Origin: Octopus vulgaris
Taxonomy: Eukaryota
DNA: 64,000 nt
Reading direction: 5' to 3'
Assembly: GCA_951406725.2 (NCBI GenBank)
Contig: OX597815.1
Span: 191,456,001-191,520,000, forward strand
Shown: in pieces, positions 38,949 to 52,539 of the stretch
Numbering within the stretch: position 1 is the first letter of the stretch
How the letters are laid out: the number at the start of each line of letters is the position of its first letter
Translations under genes and position numbers: made by a program
Notes under the pieces: generated by a model
What the model saw: the letters and a program-made list of their open reading frames with translations, nothing else
Databases searched by the model: none
What the model was told of the DNA's origin: nothing

Positions 38949-39030
38949 CGAGAGATTTTCCACGAAAATTATTGCATAGATAATATAATCTAGACAACTG
39001 CATAAATATCGCAAGCGACAGCCATGTTTG
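38949..39030 (-). other. putative non-coding exon 1 (5' UTR) of the zinc-finger gene
   Basis: Strong donor CG|gtaagt at 38948 in a repeat-free island, next to promoter-type motifs; 5' end approximate. Confidence 0.6.
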
Positions 39031-39077
39031 ATAGAGAGATTTACTTGAAATCTCCTCCACCTTTTCCTCCCGGAAGT
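39019..39077 (-). promoter_or_regulatory. putative housekeeping-type core promoter (YY1-like AAACATGGCTG; ETS CCGGAAGT)
   Basis: AAACATGGCTG on - strand at 39029-39019 and CCGGAAGT on + strand at 39070-39077, just upstream of the exon-1 donor. Confidence 0.55.
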
Positions 39078-39412
39078 ATGGAAGGGCGACAAATACACAA
39101 TCGTGTGTCGGCTTTATTTGATAATTCGTTGTATAATTCTATTGTCATAAGTATATATTCCACTGGCAGAATTGTTAGCGCGCCAAACAAAAATGTTTAG
39201 TGGCATTTTATCCGTATTTTGGTTCTTGGTTCAAATTCTGCTGAGGTCGACTGCTATCCTTTCGGGATCGATAAAATAAATAACAATTAAGCACTGGGGG
39301 TCGATATAATCGACTCGCTCCCTCCATCAGCGAAATTGCTGGCCTTGTGCCAAAATTTGAAATGATTTTTATCTTTAGTCAATAATATCGACTACCCCCC
39401 ACCCTAAAATTG

Positions 39413-39543
39413 GGATCTTTTCGCTTTGACGGGCAGATTTTTAAAATAGTTTGTAACTAAAAAATTTTAAACTTCGTATACTGGTAGAATGTGTTTATAA
39501 AACATCTTTTTCTCAAAAATCTACCGGTCAAAGCGAAAAGACC
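39413..39543. mobile_element. Mutator-like MITE in the upstream region
   Basis: TIRs GGATCTTTTTCGCTTTGAC/GTCAAAGCGAAAAGACC; perfect 9-bp TSD CTAAAATTG. Confidence 0.75.
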
Positions 39544-41778
39544 CTAAAATTGGCCCACAGAGGAAAGGATTATTAGTATTATTCTTATTTGTTCAAATAA
39601 TGCCGAGATCGACTTTACCTTTCCTCCTACCGAGATCGATAAAATAACAGTTGAACACCGTGGTCTATATCAATCGATTTACCCCCTCTCCTAGAATTGC
39701 TAGTCTTGATCCAAAATTAAAAAAGTATTATTATTATTGGTCAATATTATCGATTAGCACCCCCACTCCTACTAAAATCTCAGGTCTTGTGTTTAGAGGA
39801 GAAAGAATTATTATAATTAATTTAAATAATGTCGAGGTCCACTTCGCCTCTCCTACCGCGGTCGGTAAACCAAAGTCCATGTTGGGTCCTGAGGTCGATG
39901 GAATCAACTAGTCCCGTCCGCCAAAATTTCAGGCCTTGTGCCTCTAGTAGAAAATATATTCCACTGTCGTATATCGTTAGATATCATTTCACAGAACATT
40001 TTTATTTGAAACTTGAAAACATTACAATGTTGCCAAATTTTTTTAAATCTGATTTTTTTCCTATTTTAGTTATTAAAATTTATTGGAATATAACATATAG
40101 ATGATACATATATAATACAAAATCTCATTAGAAATACAAATCAAAAACTGAAAGAAAAATTTTAATTAATTTTTAAAAAAAATTCTTTAACATAAATATT
40201 TTAGATTTTGGTGTCTATTTGGATTATCTCCCTTAAATTATATTTAATTGAAATAGTCGGGTTAGCTAGAATTATTTATTGAGATTTTCCGCCTGTGTTT
40301 GATGATGTGCCGCATTACATTATCACAATTTTGTAACTTAGCTGATATAGTTTTTGGCCTCTGTTACAAGAAAAAAGAAGTTTCGAAAAAGAAATAATTT
40401 GAGGTGTTACTAGTAAAGATTGTGACTTCAGGAGATTATATAGTCTCTTTTACTCTATTACTTGTTTCAGTCATTTGACTGCAGCCATGCTGGAGCACCG
40501 CTTTTAGTTGAGCAAATCGACCCTGGGACTTATTCTTTGTAAGCCTAGTACTTATTCTATCGGTCTCTTTTGCCGAACCGCTAAGTTACGGGGACATAAA
40601 CACACCATCATTGGTTGTCAAGCAATGCTAGGGGGACAAACACAGACATACAAACATACACATATAAATATATACATACATATATACGACAGGCTTCTTT
40701 CAGTTTCCATCTACCAAATCCACTCACAAGGCATTGGTCGGCCCGAGGCTATAGCAGAAGACACTTGCTCAAGGTGCCACGCAGTGGGACTGAACCCGGA
40801 ACCATGTGATTGATAAGCAAGCTACTTACCACAGAGCCACTCCTGCACCTATATTTATTTTTTATCTACCCTTTAAAAGAAACATTAAAACTGAGTTACT
40901 GAGAGATCCTCAGTGTGGATGTCTGTCGAGGTTGAAATAACTAAATCTCGGGAAAAAAAAAAAATTGCATTAACATTTTAGGGATGGCCACATTAGATAT
41001 GTTTCTTGATACATTTTTTTGCAAAATAAATATTTAAAGGCGCAGGAGTGGCTGTGTGGTAAGTAGTTTGTTTACCAACCACATGGTTCCGGGTTCAGTC
41101 CCACTGCATGGCACCTTGGGCAAGTGTCTTCTACTATAGCCTCGGGCCGACCAATGCCTTGTGAGTGGATTTGGTAGATGGAAACTGAAAGAAGCCTGTC
41201 GTATATATGTATATATATATATGTATGCGTGTGTGTTTGTATGTCTGTTTTTGTCCCCCTAGCATTGCTTGACAACCGATGCTGGTGTGTTTATGTCCCC
41301 GTAACTTAGCGGTTCGGCAAAAGAGACCGATAGAATAAGTACTGGGCTTACAAAAGAATATGTCCTGGGGTCGAGTTGCTCGATTAAAGGCGGTGCTCCA
41401 GCATGGCCGCAGTCAAATGACTGAAACAAGTAAAAGAGTAAAGGAAAAAGTGGAGGTGGTGGTGATCACAACTGGAGTGGAGGTGGTGGTGATCACAACT
41501 GATTCTAGAGTCACTCAGCTAAAACTATCATGGACATAAATAATGATGGAAACTTTGAGTTGATCCCAAACACACAAAGTAGAAATCATACCTATAGCAA
41601 CAAGCACAAGTATTGCTGTGTGGTGAAGATGTTCTCTGCACAACACTGGTTCTGGGTTCAATCCCATTGCATGGCATATTGCACAATTGTCATGTTTTTG
41701 AAGGCTTGGATTGATCAATGCATCGTGAGTGGAATTCGATAGACAGAAGCTGTGCTGTATACATGCATATATTTACAT

Positions 41779-43330
41779 ATGCGGAAACTGGGGATTGATG
41801 AGTGGTTAATAAGAGCTGTACAGGGATGCCGTTAGTAAGGTAAGGGTCGGCAATGAGTATAGTGAAGGATTCCGGGTAGAAGTAGGGGTTCACCAAGGAT
41901 CAGCACTCAGACCCCTCTTATTCATCATAGTCCTCCAGGCAATAACAGTGGAATTCAAGACAGGTTGCCCCTGGGAGCTCCACTATGCTGATGACCTTGC
42001 TCTCATAGCGGAATCACTACCAGAACCTGAGAAGAAACTTCAGGTGTGGAAGCAAGGATTAGAATCAAAGGGCCTTAAAGTCCATGTTGCAAAAACCAAA
42101 ATCCTAGTAAGTAGGAAGGCAAATACATCACAAACCTCTTCAGGTAGATCGCCCTACTCAATCTGTAGAAAAGGTGTATGTAGAAACTCCATAAGATGTA
42201 CCCAGTGTAAGCTATAGATGCATAAGAGGTGCAGTAACATCAAAGAAGGTTAACTGGGAAGATAGCTTTTGTGTGCAGCAGATACACAGGGGCAATAAAC
42301 ACCACAGACGCTCAGAAAACTGATTCCATCACATGCCAGGGGAAGAAACTAGAAGTAGTTGATAGCTTCTGCTACCTAGGTGACCAAGTCCGTAGTGGGG
42401 GTAGATGTTCAGAGAGTGTTGCCACTAGAATAAGAATAGCCTGCGCAAAGTTCAGAAAGCTCCTACCTGTACTGGTGACAAAGTGCTTCTCACTCAGAGT
42501 GAAAGGTAGATTGTACAATGCATGAGTGTGAATTGCCATGCTACATGGCAGTGAAACATGGGCCATATCTGCTGAAGACATGCGTAGTCTTGAAAGAAAT
42601 GAAGCTAGTATGATCCGCTGGATGTGTAATGTCAGTGTACACACATGACAGAGTGTTAGTGCCCTGAGAGAAATGGTGGACATAAGAAGCATCAAATGTG
42701 GTGTGCAAGAGAGACGACTATGCTGGTATAGTCATGTACTGCATATGGTTGAGGAGAGCTGTGTGAAGAAGTATCATTCCCTAACAGTGGAAGGAACCCG
42801 TGGAAGAGGTAGACCCAGGAAGACATGGGGTGAGGTGGTGAAGCATGACCTTTGAACGTTGGGCCTCACAGAGGCAATGACGAAAGACTGAGACCTCTGG
42901 AGATATACTGTGATTGAGAAGACCTGGCAAGTAAAGTGAGATCATAGCCATAGCCTACACCAGTGTTGCATAACCAGTCCATTTAAAAAGCACTCTTGAA
43001 TCGTTGGGTGATATGCCATGCTTGAGGTGACCTATTGAGTCAAGTAAAATCAAAATCAAAATCAAAATCAAAATCAAATCAAATCACAATCAAATGGAAA
43101 TTGTAGTTGTGGTTGATACCAGTGCCTGACTGGCCCCCATGCTGGTGGCATGTAAAAAGCACCCACTACACTCTCGGAGTGGTTGGCATTAGGAAGGGCA
43201 TCCAGCTGTAGAAACCTTGCCAGATCAGACTGGAGCCTGGTGCAGCCTCCTGGCTTGCCAGTCCCCAGTCAAACCGTCCAACCCATGGCAGCATGGAAAG
43301 TGGATGTTAAAAGATGATGATGATGATGAT
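41779..43330 (+). mobile_element. 5'-truncated, degenerate RTE-clade LINE (RT C-terminal half, PHD-like insert, 3' UTR, (GAT)n tail)
   Basis: GVHQGS, YADDL, KTKILV, LEVVDSFCYLG, HGSETW, GRGRPRKTW motifs with stops and frameshifts; continues into the 3' UTR shared by many short copies. Confidence 0.92.
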
Positions 43331-43734
43331 CATCATCATCATCATCCTCTTTCCATGCTGGTATGGGTTTGAAAGTTTTAGAGGATTCTACTAGCCAGAG
43401 GGCAGAGTTGGGTTCCAATGTCTACTTTGGTAAGGTTTCTATGGCTGGGTGCTCTCCTTAATGCTAACCACTTAAGAGAGTGTACCAAGTGCTTTTTATG
43501 TGGCATGAGCAATAACGAGGGCACTGAGTAAATTGCAAAACAAGACCCTTGATGGAATGGGAATGCAAAATCAAGGGAGGTGGCTTCGTGCCAGGTGTTG
43601 AAAGGAAAGCGTGATGGGCAGGAGACACGGAGGCAGGAACAAATGTCTCGCTGTAGAGGAGATGCTTTGCTATCCGAGCAGGAAAGTGAGAAATGAGATG
43701 TCAAGGCATAACTTTAGGGTACAAGGAGGTTGCT

Positions 43735-44228
43735 AAAGAGAGAGATGACATGCATAAGATCTGGTCATCAAATCTAAGTAGAGACTTCAAACTTGAAATC
43801 TTCAAAGCCACAGTCGAACCAATTCTACTATATGGCTCAGAAACCTTGATGTTATCAAAGAAGCTTGAGAGGCGGTTGGATGGAACCTACACTCGCCTTC
43901 TTATGAGAGCTCAAAATCTCTCGTGGAAGTGCCATCCAACCAAAATGCAAATATATGGGAAACTACCACCTGTGTCATCTCTTGTGAAGGGTAGGAGAGT
44001 CCAGTTTGCTGGACATTGTTGCAGAGCTGAAAACGAGGCAATTTCTACTCTTCTCCTCTGGAAGCCATCTACTCACAATACTAGAGGGCGCACACTCTCC
44101 TACCCTGATGTAATCTCCAGGGATACAGGCATCCAGCAACAGGACCTCCGTAATGCCATGATGAACCGTGAAGTCTGGCGTAGCATATTAAATTCCATTG
44201 TCTCGACCGCGGTCAAACAATGATGATG
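43735..44228 (+). mobile_element. second RTE-clade LINE 3' end
   Basis: KIWSSNLS..KLEIFKATVEPILLYGSET...QFAGHC.R...MNREVWR; TGATGATGA tail. Confidence 0.85.
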
Positions 44229-46779
44229 AAAGAGAGAGTAGAGATGGAGAGTCAAGAATGGGTGGGAGGTAGGTAAGTTGGGAAGAATGTGAAAGGAGAG
44301 TGACAGGTGGTAGGGATTAGGATAAGAAGTGAATGTAGTGAAAGATGAACATGGATGGAAGCATGGACAATGACGAATGTCAGTTTGGAGGAATGTAAGG
44401 AAACTAGGAGGGGGTCAAGAAGAAGGCAATTACAGGATGTAGTGCAATAGGCATATGTACACCAAGCATCATCATCATCATCATCATTATCGTTTAACGT
44501 CCGTTCTCCATGCTAGCATGGGTTGAACGGTTCGACCGGGGATCTGGGAAGCCAGAAGGCTGCACCAGACTCCAGTCTGATCTGGCAGCGTTTCTACAGC
44601 TGGATGCCCTTCCTAACGCCAACCACTCCGTGAGTGTAGTGGGTGCTTTTTAGGTGCCACCTGCACGTGCATCACAATCATATGTGCACAACAAGATTGA
44701 GAAAGTGTTTGTACAGTGGCACTAAAGTGGCAGCCTGAGGGGAAAAGAGCAGTAAGGTGCCTTAGAACCACATGGTGAAGGACCATTGACAAGGAAAGGA
44801 GAAGGGCGAAGCTGGGATGAGGCTAGAACAGTGCAGAAAGCAAAACTGACTGGAGAGATCATCATCATCATCGTTTAATGTCCACTTTCCATGCTGTCAT
44901 GGGTTGGATGGTTCAACTGGGGTCGTCTGGGAAGCCTGAAGGCTGCATCAGGCTCCAGTCAGATCTGGCAGTGTTTCTACAGCTGGATGCCCTTCCTAAT
45001 GCCAACCACTCCGTGAGGGTAGTGGGTGCTTTTTACGTGCCACCTGCACAGGTGCCAGATGAGGCTGGCAAACGGCCACGATCGGATGGTGCTTTTTACG
45101 TGCCACCGACACTGGGGCCAGACGAGGCTGGCAGTAGCCACAATCGGATGGTGCTTTTTACGTGCCACCGGCACGGAGGCCAGTCGGGGTGGCGCTGGCA
45201 ACGGCCACGTTCGGATGGTACTCTTATTTGTAAAAATTAACACTTCCTTCTCCAAGCTTAGATTTGAAACTGAATCTAAGGATTCTTGCTTGTCCAAACC
45301 ACCGCGATCAACAGGCATGAAAAAGGGTTTCCTGCCTGGGCACATATATGTATTGCCTACCATATTGCACACACCAACAGTGAATCTTTTTTTGCTTCAT
45401 ATTTTTATACTTCTATTTCTTTCACGTCCCATGTTTTTGACATATATATTCATTTGTCTGTTACACGGTGTAAATTTTTTCTGCATACCCAGAATATAAC
45501 ATTTCCTATATCGTTCAATCTCTGTGGCTTTCTCACTAGAAGTGTAAAAATTAACACTTTCTTCTTCAAGCTTAGATTCAAAACCAAATCTAAGGATTCT
45601 CGCTCATCCAGACCACCATGATCAACAGGTGCGAAAAATGGTTTTCTTTGTTCTGTCAAAAAATGATAAATCATCTCCCTTTGACCTACGACATCAGCCA
45701 TGTCAGGCGAAGTTCAAATGGACAGGAGCTGACCTATTTAGGTACAATCCCTGCTGTAGTATGTCTGTCCTTCTAGCTGCCATGGCTGTTATAAATACCT
45801 ATTTCTTTACTACCCACAAGGGGCTAAACACAGAGAGGACAAACAAGGACAAGACAAAAGGATTAAGTCGATTATATCGATCCCCAGTGCGTCACTGGTA
45901 CTTAATTAAATTGACCCCGAAAGGATGAAAGGCAAAGTCGACCTCGGCAGAATTTGAACTCAGAACGTGGTGGCAGACGAAATACCGCTCAGCGTTTCGT
46001 CCAGCGTGCTAACGATTCTGCCAGCTCGCCGCCTTCTGCCAGCTCAATACTGTGGTCAGCAGAGGAACAGACAAGAAAGGCCTAGGACGCAGAAAGAAAG
46101 GCTTTGGCAGACAGACTGAAAGGTTCCTGGCACACTGGCAGATAGAAAGGTTCATAGCAGACTACTTTCTCGTGGCTGTGTGGTAAGTAGCTTGCTAACC
46201 AACCACATGGTTCCGGGTTCAGTCCCACTGAGTGGCATCTTGGGCGAGTGTCTTCTGCTATAGCCCCGGGCCGACCAATGCCTTGTGAGTGGATTTGGTA
46301 GACGGAAACTGAAAGAAGCCTGTCGTATATATGTATATATATATATATGTGTGTGTGTGTCTTTGTATGTCTGTGTTTGTCCCCCTAGCATTGCTTGACA
46401 ACCGATGCTGGTGTGTTTACGTCCCTGTCACTTAGTGGTTCGGCAAAAGAGACCGATAGAATAAGTACTGGGCTTACAAAGAATAAAGTCCCGGGGTCGA
46501 TTTGCTCGACTAAAGGCGGTGCTCCAGCATGGCTGCAGTCAAATGACTGAAACAATTAAAAGAGTAAAAGTATGAACCACACACACAAAACATATTCAGT
46601 TCTGACATATCCCCTCCACAGATGTGCCCTGTTTCTATTACTAGCAACATGTTGTGAAGAATATTGTATACCAAAGGTAAATGCAAATACAGTAAATAAA
46701 TTATTTGAACCATGACTTGATGTCATTTATTTGTTTACTTCAAAGGCATCCACATGCGTATCACATTTGTTCACCTTAA

Positions 46780-46999
46780 CCCTTTAGTATTTAAACCGGC
46801 CATATCCGGCCAAAATATTTTATTCTGTTTTATGTTCAAACTGACCAGATCCAGGCTCTCACACCTACCCCACAATGTTATTCTACATTAAGTAATTACA
46901 CCATCAAGATCTTGAAGGTATGAGATAATGCATGATTAATTCAAATCAATGTGAATCAATAAGCATTATGTTTGATAGAATAATCTGAACACGAAAGGG
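46780..46999. mobile_element. second piggyBac-like TTAA MITE family (also 2725-3257, with fragments near 8290, 9735-9840, 26640, 30395-30600)
   Basis: TTAA|CCCTTTAG ... AAAGGG|TTAA. Confidence 0.8.
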
Positions 47000-48589
47000 T
47001 TAACACATACTTATACACACTTAATCACTACACATTGTTGTGGCTTATGTGAACCATGGCATGGAGAAAACTAACTAACTAATCATCATCATCATCATCA
47101 TCATCATCGTTTAGCGTCCGCTTTCCATGCTGGCATGGGTTGGACGGTGCAACTGGGGTCTGGGAAGACAGAAGGCTGCACCAGGCCCAGTCTGATCTGG
47201 CAATGTTTCTACGGCTGGATGCCCTTCCTAACGCCAACCACTCCGTGAGTGTAGTGGGTGCTTTTTACGTGCCACCGGCATAGGTGCCAGACGAGGCTGG
47301 CAAACAGCCACGATCGGAGGGTGCTTTTTACGTGCCACTGACACGGAGGCCAGGCGAGGCTGTCAATGGCTACGATCGGATGGTGCTTTTTACGTGCCAC
47401 TGACACGGAGGCCAGGTAAGGCTGGCAAACGGCCACGATCGGATGGTGCTTTATATGTGCCACTGGCACGGAGGCCAGGTGAGGCTGGCAACGGCCACGT
47501 TCGGATGGTGCTTTTTACATGCCACAGGCACTGGTATCACAGCTACAATTTCCATTCATGTTGATCGATTTTGATTTTTGATTTTGATTTTGATTTTGAT
47601 TTTGATTTTGATTTTCACTTGCCTCAACAGGTCTTCACAAGTAGAGTTTTGTGTCCCAAGAAGGAAAGGTGTGCATAAGTGGACTGAGGCCATAGGTTAT
47701 GGTCTCACTTGTCCTGCTGGGTCTTCTAACAACAAAATAATGAAATTGTGAATAGATGAGAAATAGGGAGATGAGATTAAGTGTGGTGAGGAGAGAAAAG
47801 GCAGTGGCAGAGATGGAGATCAGAGACACAGGGTGGATAGGGTGGGTTACAATAAGAACTGGTGGTCTGATGGCAGACATGAGAAGCTATTCAGGAAGAA
47901 GAGGCATTCAGTGTAAATAAAGTGACAAGGGATGGTGTTGGGAGTGTGGGATGACGTCAGCAGCTGGGGAGCTGACCAGAACTTCGGGCTGACTGGAAGG
48001 GGCAGCCGTGACACGCACGCAGCAAGCGGGGATTTCTGCCTTTCGAGTCAGGGTCGACGAGGTGTTAAGACGGGTGATCACGTTGCTAAGGTTGGGTGAA
48101 GCAGCTGCTATCTCTAGGGTTCGGGTCGGGCTGTGTCGAAGGATCCGTTACCGCTGAAGGGTCTCCATCTGAGTGAAGAGAAGGTAGGTGCCTTTATTTT
48201 GAATCTCTCGTACACACCACAGGGAGTAGAAGATGTAAGATGAAGGCAAGGGAAAGTAGTGCCCAGGAGATGGATTGCTGGTAGCACAGAAGTTGGGGAT
48301 GGAATGTGTGCAGCTCTGCCCTCATGCAGACACAGCAGCTGAGGAAGTAGTGCCATGGTTAGAGGGGAAATCAGGGATGACCGCTACAAGGAGGGTTCAC
48401 TAAAAGTTTGACAAATACAGATCAGGTGTGGGATGAAGACGTGTGTATTATATATGTAGGTATGTGTGTGTATATGTTTGTATATGTATGTATGTATGCA
48501 TACATACATTCTTGATGTTAGTGTTGTGGAGAGAGTATGTGGACGTTGGGTTTTTCCTCCCAAAATGCATGGTGGTACACTTGTCCACA

Positions 48590-49070
48590 GCCAGCTTGAG
48601 TTGCCAGTCCACGATCCATTGTTGCACTGTGTCCAGGTCTGATTACAGGAAAGATCTATAGAGTTCAGGACCTGTTCTTTTTATCTCAAGGTACAGCTTG
48701 ATGTCATCTGCATATTTCAGCGCTGAGGCATTCTTTAACTTGGCATCTGTGTCATTAATGTATGCAACAAACAAAAGGGGACCAAGAACAGATCCTTGCG
48801 GTACACCAGATGACATCCCGTAGAGTGAAGAATGCTGTCCTAGAACCATGACCATCTCTTTTCGGCTGAGAATGAAGGAGTCCAAGTAGTTAAAAAGATC
48901 ATCTTTCACACCCATTGCAAAGCATTTTGCCATAAGTCTTTTGTGTGGCACAGAAATAAAAGCTTTAGCAAAGTCAGGGTAAACAACATCCATCCATGAG
49001 CCGCTATCAGTTACCTGCATGATGTCTTCAAGAAACACAATAAGTTGGTCAGAGCAGCTGGTGTTAGGAA
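48590..49070 (-). mobile_element. CR1-group LINE reverse-transcriptase fragment
   Basis: DFAKAF..VPH, SGVPQGSVLGPLLFVAYIND, YADDIKL. Confidence 0.9.
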
Positions 49071-50312
49071 TAGATCCAAATTGCAAGGGCTGGATATTGT
49101 ACCGTATATCTATTATCTTTTATCATTTACTTGTTTCAGTCATTAGACTGTGGCCATGCTGGAGCACTGTCTTGAAGAATTTTGGTCAAATGAATCAACG
49201 CCAGTACTTGTTTTTTTTTTGTGATGCCTGGTACGCATTCTATCAGTCACTTTTACTGAACCACTAAGTTATGGAGACATAAACAAACCAACACCAGTTG
49301 TCAAGCAGTGGTAGGGGACAAAAGAAGGCATGAACACACACACACACAAACACATGCACACACACACACGCATACACACGTGCACGTGTCAAGCAATGAT
49401 GGAAGGACAAACACAAACACAAAGACACACACACACTCACACGATGGGCTTCTTTTAGTTTCCGTCTACCAAATCTGCTCACAAGGTTTTGGTTGACCTG
49501 AAGCTATAGTAGAAGACACTTGCTTAAGGTGCCACACAGTGGGACTGAACCTTTGTCTGTGTGGTTGGGAAACAAACTTCTTACTACACAGTCACACCGT
49601 GTATATATATATATATAGGCATAGGAGTGGCTGTGTGGTAAGTAGCTTGCTTACGAACCACATGGTTCCGGGTTCAGTCCCACTGTGTGGCACCTTGGGC
49701 AAGTGTCTTCTACTATAGCCTTGGGCCGGCCAATGCCTTGAGTGGATTTGGTAGATGGAAACTGAAAGAAGCCCGTCGTATATATGTATATATATATATA
49801 TGTGTGTGTATATACTCGCGGAGTCGTTGCTCTCTACACTCACGGAGTGGTTGGCGTTAGGAAGGGCATCCAGCTGTAGAAACTCTGCCAGATAAGACTG
49901 GTGCAGCCCCTGGCTTCCCAGACCCCAGTCGAACCGTCCAACCCAAAACGGACATTAAACGATGATGATGATGTGTGTGTGTGTGCATGCGTGTGTGTGT
50001 GTGTACGTTTGTGTGTTTGTGTTTGTCCCCCCAACATCGCTTGACAACCGATGCTGATGTGTTTATGTCCCCGTAACTTAGTGGTTTGGCAAAAGAGACC
50101 GATAGAATAAGTACTAGGCTTACAAAGAATAAGTCCTGGGGGGTCGATTTGCTCGACTAAAGGCGGTGCTCCAGCATGGCCACAGTCAAATGACTGAAAC
50201 AAGTAAAAGAGTAAAGAGTAAGAGTATATATTTTGTCTCAACAAATTCCATGAAAGCAGGAAAAAAATTGGACGTTAAAAGGATGATGATGAAGGTGATT
50301 TATGCATGTATA

Positions 50313-50343
<31 letters not shown>

Positions 50344-51162
50344 TTATGTTTGTCACAAACAACCCTGATTGCAGGATACAAAATGATATAAAGAAAAACT
50401 GGTTTTATGTAAAAATAGTAACTTAGTGAATTGATGAAACAGAAATATCCATTTTCTGAACTAAGTATATTATAATCCATGTGGTGCATGCAAAACAGTA
50501 AGATTCCAAACAATAATGGATTTCTTCATTCTTAATATGCTCTGAAAGAGTTGAATGTGAAACAACAGTGATCATATATTCATGTTTGAATCTGCCAAAA
50601 TACATTAAGAATGAATCGGTACATTATTGAAATAGGTTTGTTGATGTAAACAGGAAAACAGAACTCAATGGGTGCATTCTTTTATTCGCTTATTCTTTCA
50701 TTCGCTTATTCTTTTATTCACTTATTCTTTCATTTATTTATTCTTTTATCCTTCTATTTGTTTCAGTTGTAAGACTGTGGCCATGTTGTGGCACCACCTT
50801 GAAGAATTTTAGTCAAATGAATCGATGCCAAAACTTATTTTTCAAAGCTTGGTACTTAATTTGTTGGTCTCTTATGCCGAACCGCTACATTGCAGGAATG
50901 CAAACACACCAACACTGGTTGTCAAGTGATTGTGGGGGACACAAAAATACACATGCCCATACACACATTTATATATCTATATCTATATCTATAGGCATAG
51001 GAGTGGCTGTGTGGTAAGTAGCTTACTTACAAACTACATGGTTCCAGGTTCAGTCCCACTGCATGACAACTTGGGCAAGTGTTGTCTACTATAGCCGTGG
51101 GCTGATCAAAGCCATGTGAGTGGATTTGGTAGACGGAAACTGAAAGAAGCCTGTTGTATATT

Positions 51163-51211
<49 letters not shown>

Positions 51212-51432
51212 GTGTGTATGTGTTTGTGTGTCTGTGTTTGTCCCCCCAACATCGCTTGACAACCGATGTTGGTGTGTTTACCTGCCCGTAGCTTAGCGGT
51301 TTGGCGAAAGAGACTGATAGAAAAAATACTAGGCTTACAAAGTGTAAGTCCTGGGGTCGATTTGCTCAACTAAAGGTGGTGCTCCAGTATGGCCACAGTC
51401 AAATGACTGAAACAAGTAAAAGATTAAAAGAG

Positions 51433-51510
<78 letters not shown>

Positions 51511-51903
51511 TCATCATCATCATCATCATCATTTAACATTCATTGTCTATGCTGGCATGGGTTGGACGGTTTGACCAGTGCTGGCAAACCAGATGGCTGC
51601 ACCAGGCTCCAATCTTGATCTGGCAGAGTTTCTACAGCTGGATGCCCTTTCTAACACCAACCCCTCTGAGAGTGTAATGGGTGCTTTAATGTGCCACCGG
51701 CACAAGCGCCATTTGCATGACACCGATATCTGCCATGACAAAGGCTCAATGCTTGAAGCACAGCATAATGCCAAATGGTCCCGGTCATTGACTCTGTGAG
51801 GCCCAATGCTTCAAAAGTGCTTTTATATGCCACCAGCATGGGTGCCATTTGCTTGACACCAGTATCTGTCACGACTGTGATTTTACTATGGTTTTACTTG
51901 GCT

Positions 51904-51962
<59 letters not shown>

Positions 51963-52241
51963 TGGCCATTGCCAGCCTCGCTTGGCACCTGTGCTGGTGG
52001 CACGTAAAAAGCACCCACTACACTCACAGAGTGGTTGTCATTAGGAACGGCATCCAGCTGTAGAAACAATGCCAGATCAGACTGGAGCCTGGTACAGCCT
52101 CCTGGCTTCCCAGACCCCAGTCAAACCATCCAACCCATGCCAGCATGGAAAACGAACGTTAAACAATGATGATGATTATATATATATTTATCATCATCAT
52201 TATATATATTTATATTTATATGTATATATATATATACACAA

Positions 52242-52281
<40 letters not shown>

Positions 52282-52454
52282 CTAATATAGAAACTAACTC
52301 TGAAATTGGGTCCGATATGGTAATAACAGAATTTTTAGAAATTTCTTTCGTCAAGTAACATGCTTATTGTGATAAATTGTATGGTTCTGGACAATGTGTC
52401 TAGTTTCGGCATTTTTGGCATTAGAAATTTTTTTCTTTTGCTCTTGTTTTTAAA

Positions 52455-52539
<85 letters not shown>

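Noticed and set aside
47255-47530. Regularly spaced 25-nt repeats resembling a CRISPR array
   Set aside because: Spacers are homologous to each other, the unit is part of an RTE 3' UTR, there are no cas genes, and the context is eukaryotic
47900-48420. GC-richer segment suggesting a CpG island or exon
   Set aside because: No sustained ORF or splice pattern; lies among LINE debris and is probably an unrecognised repeat fragment
52395-52430. GCCGAAACTAGAC on - strand between TA tracts, hammerhead-like
   Set aside because: CUGANGA core and stems I/II are not recoverable
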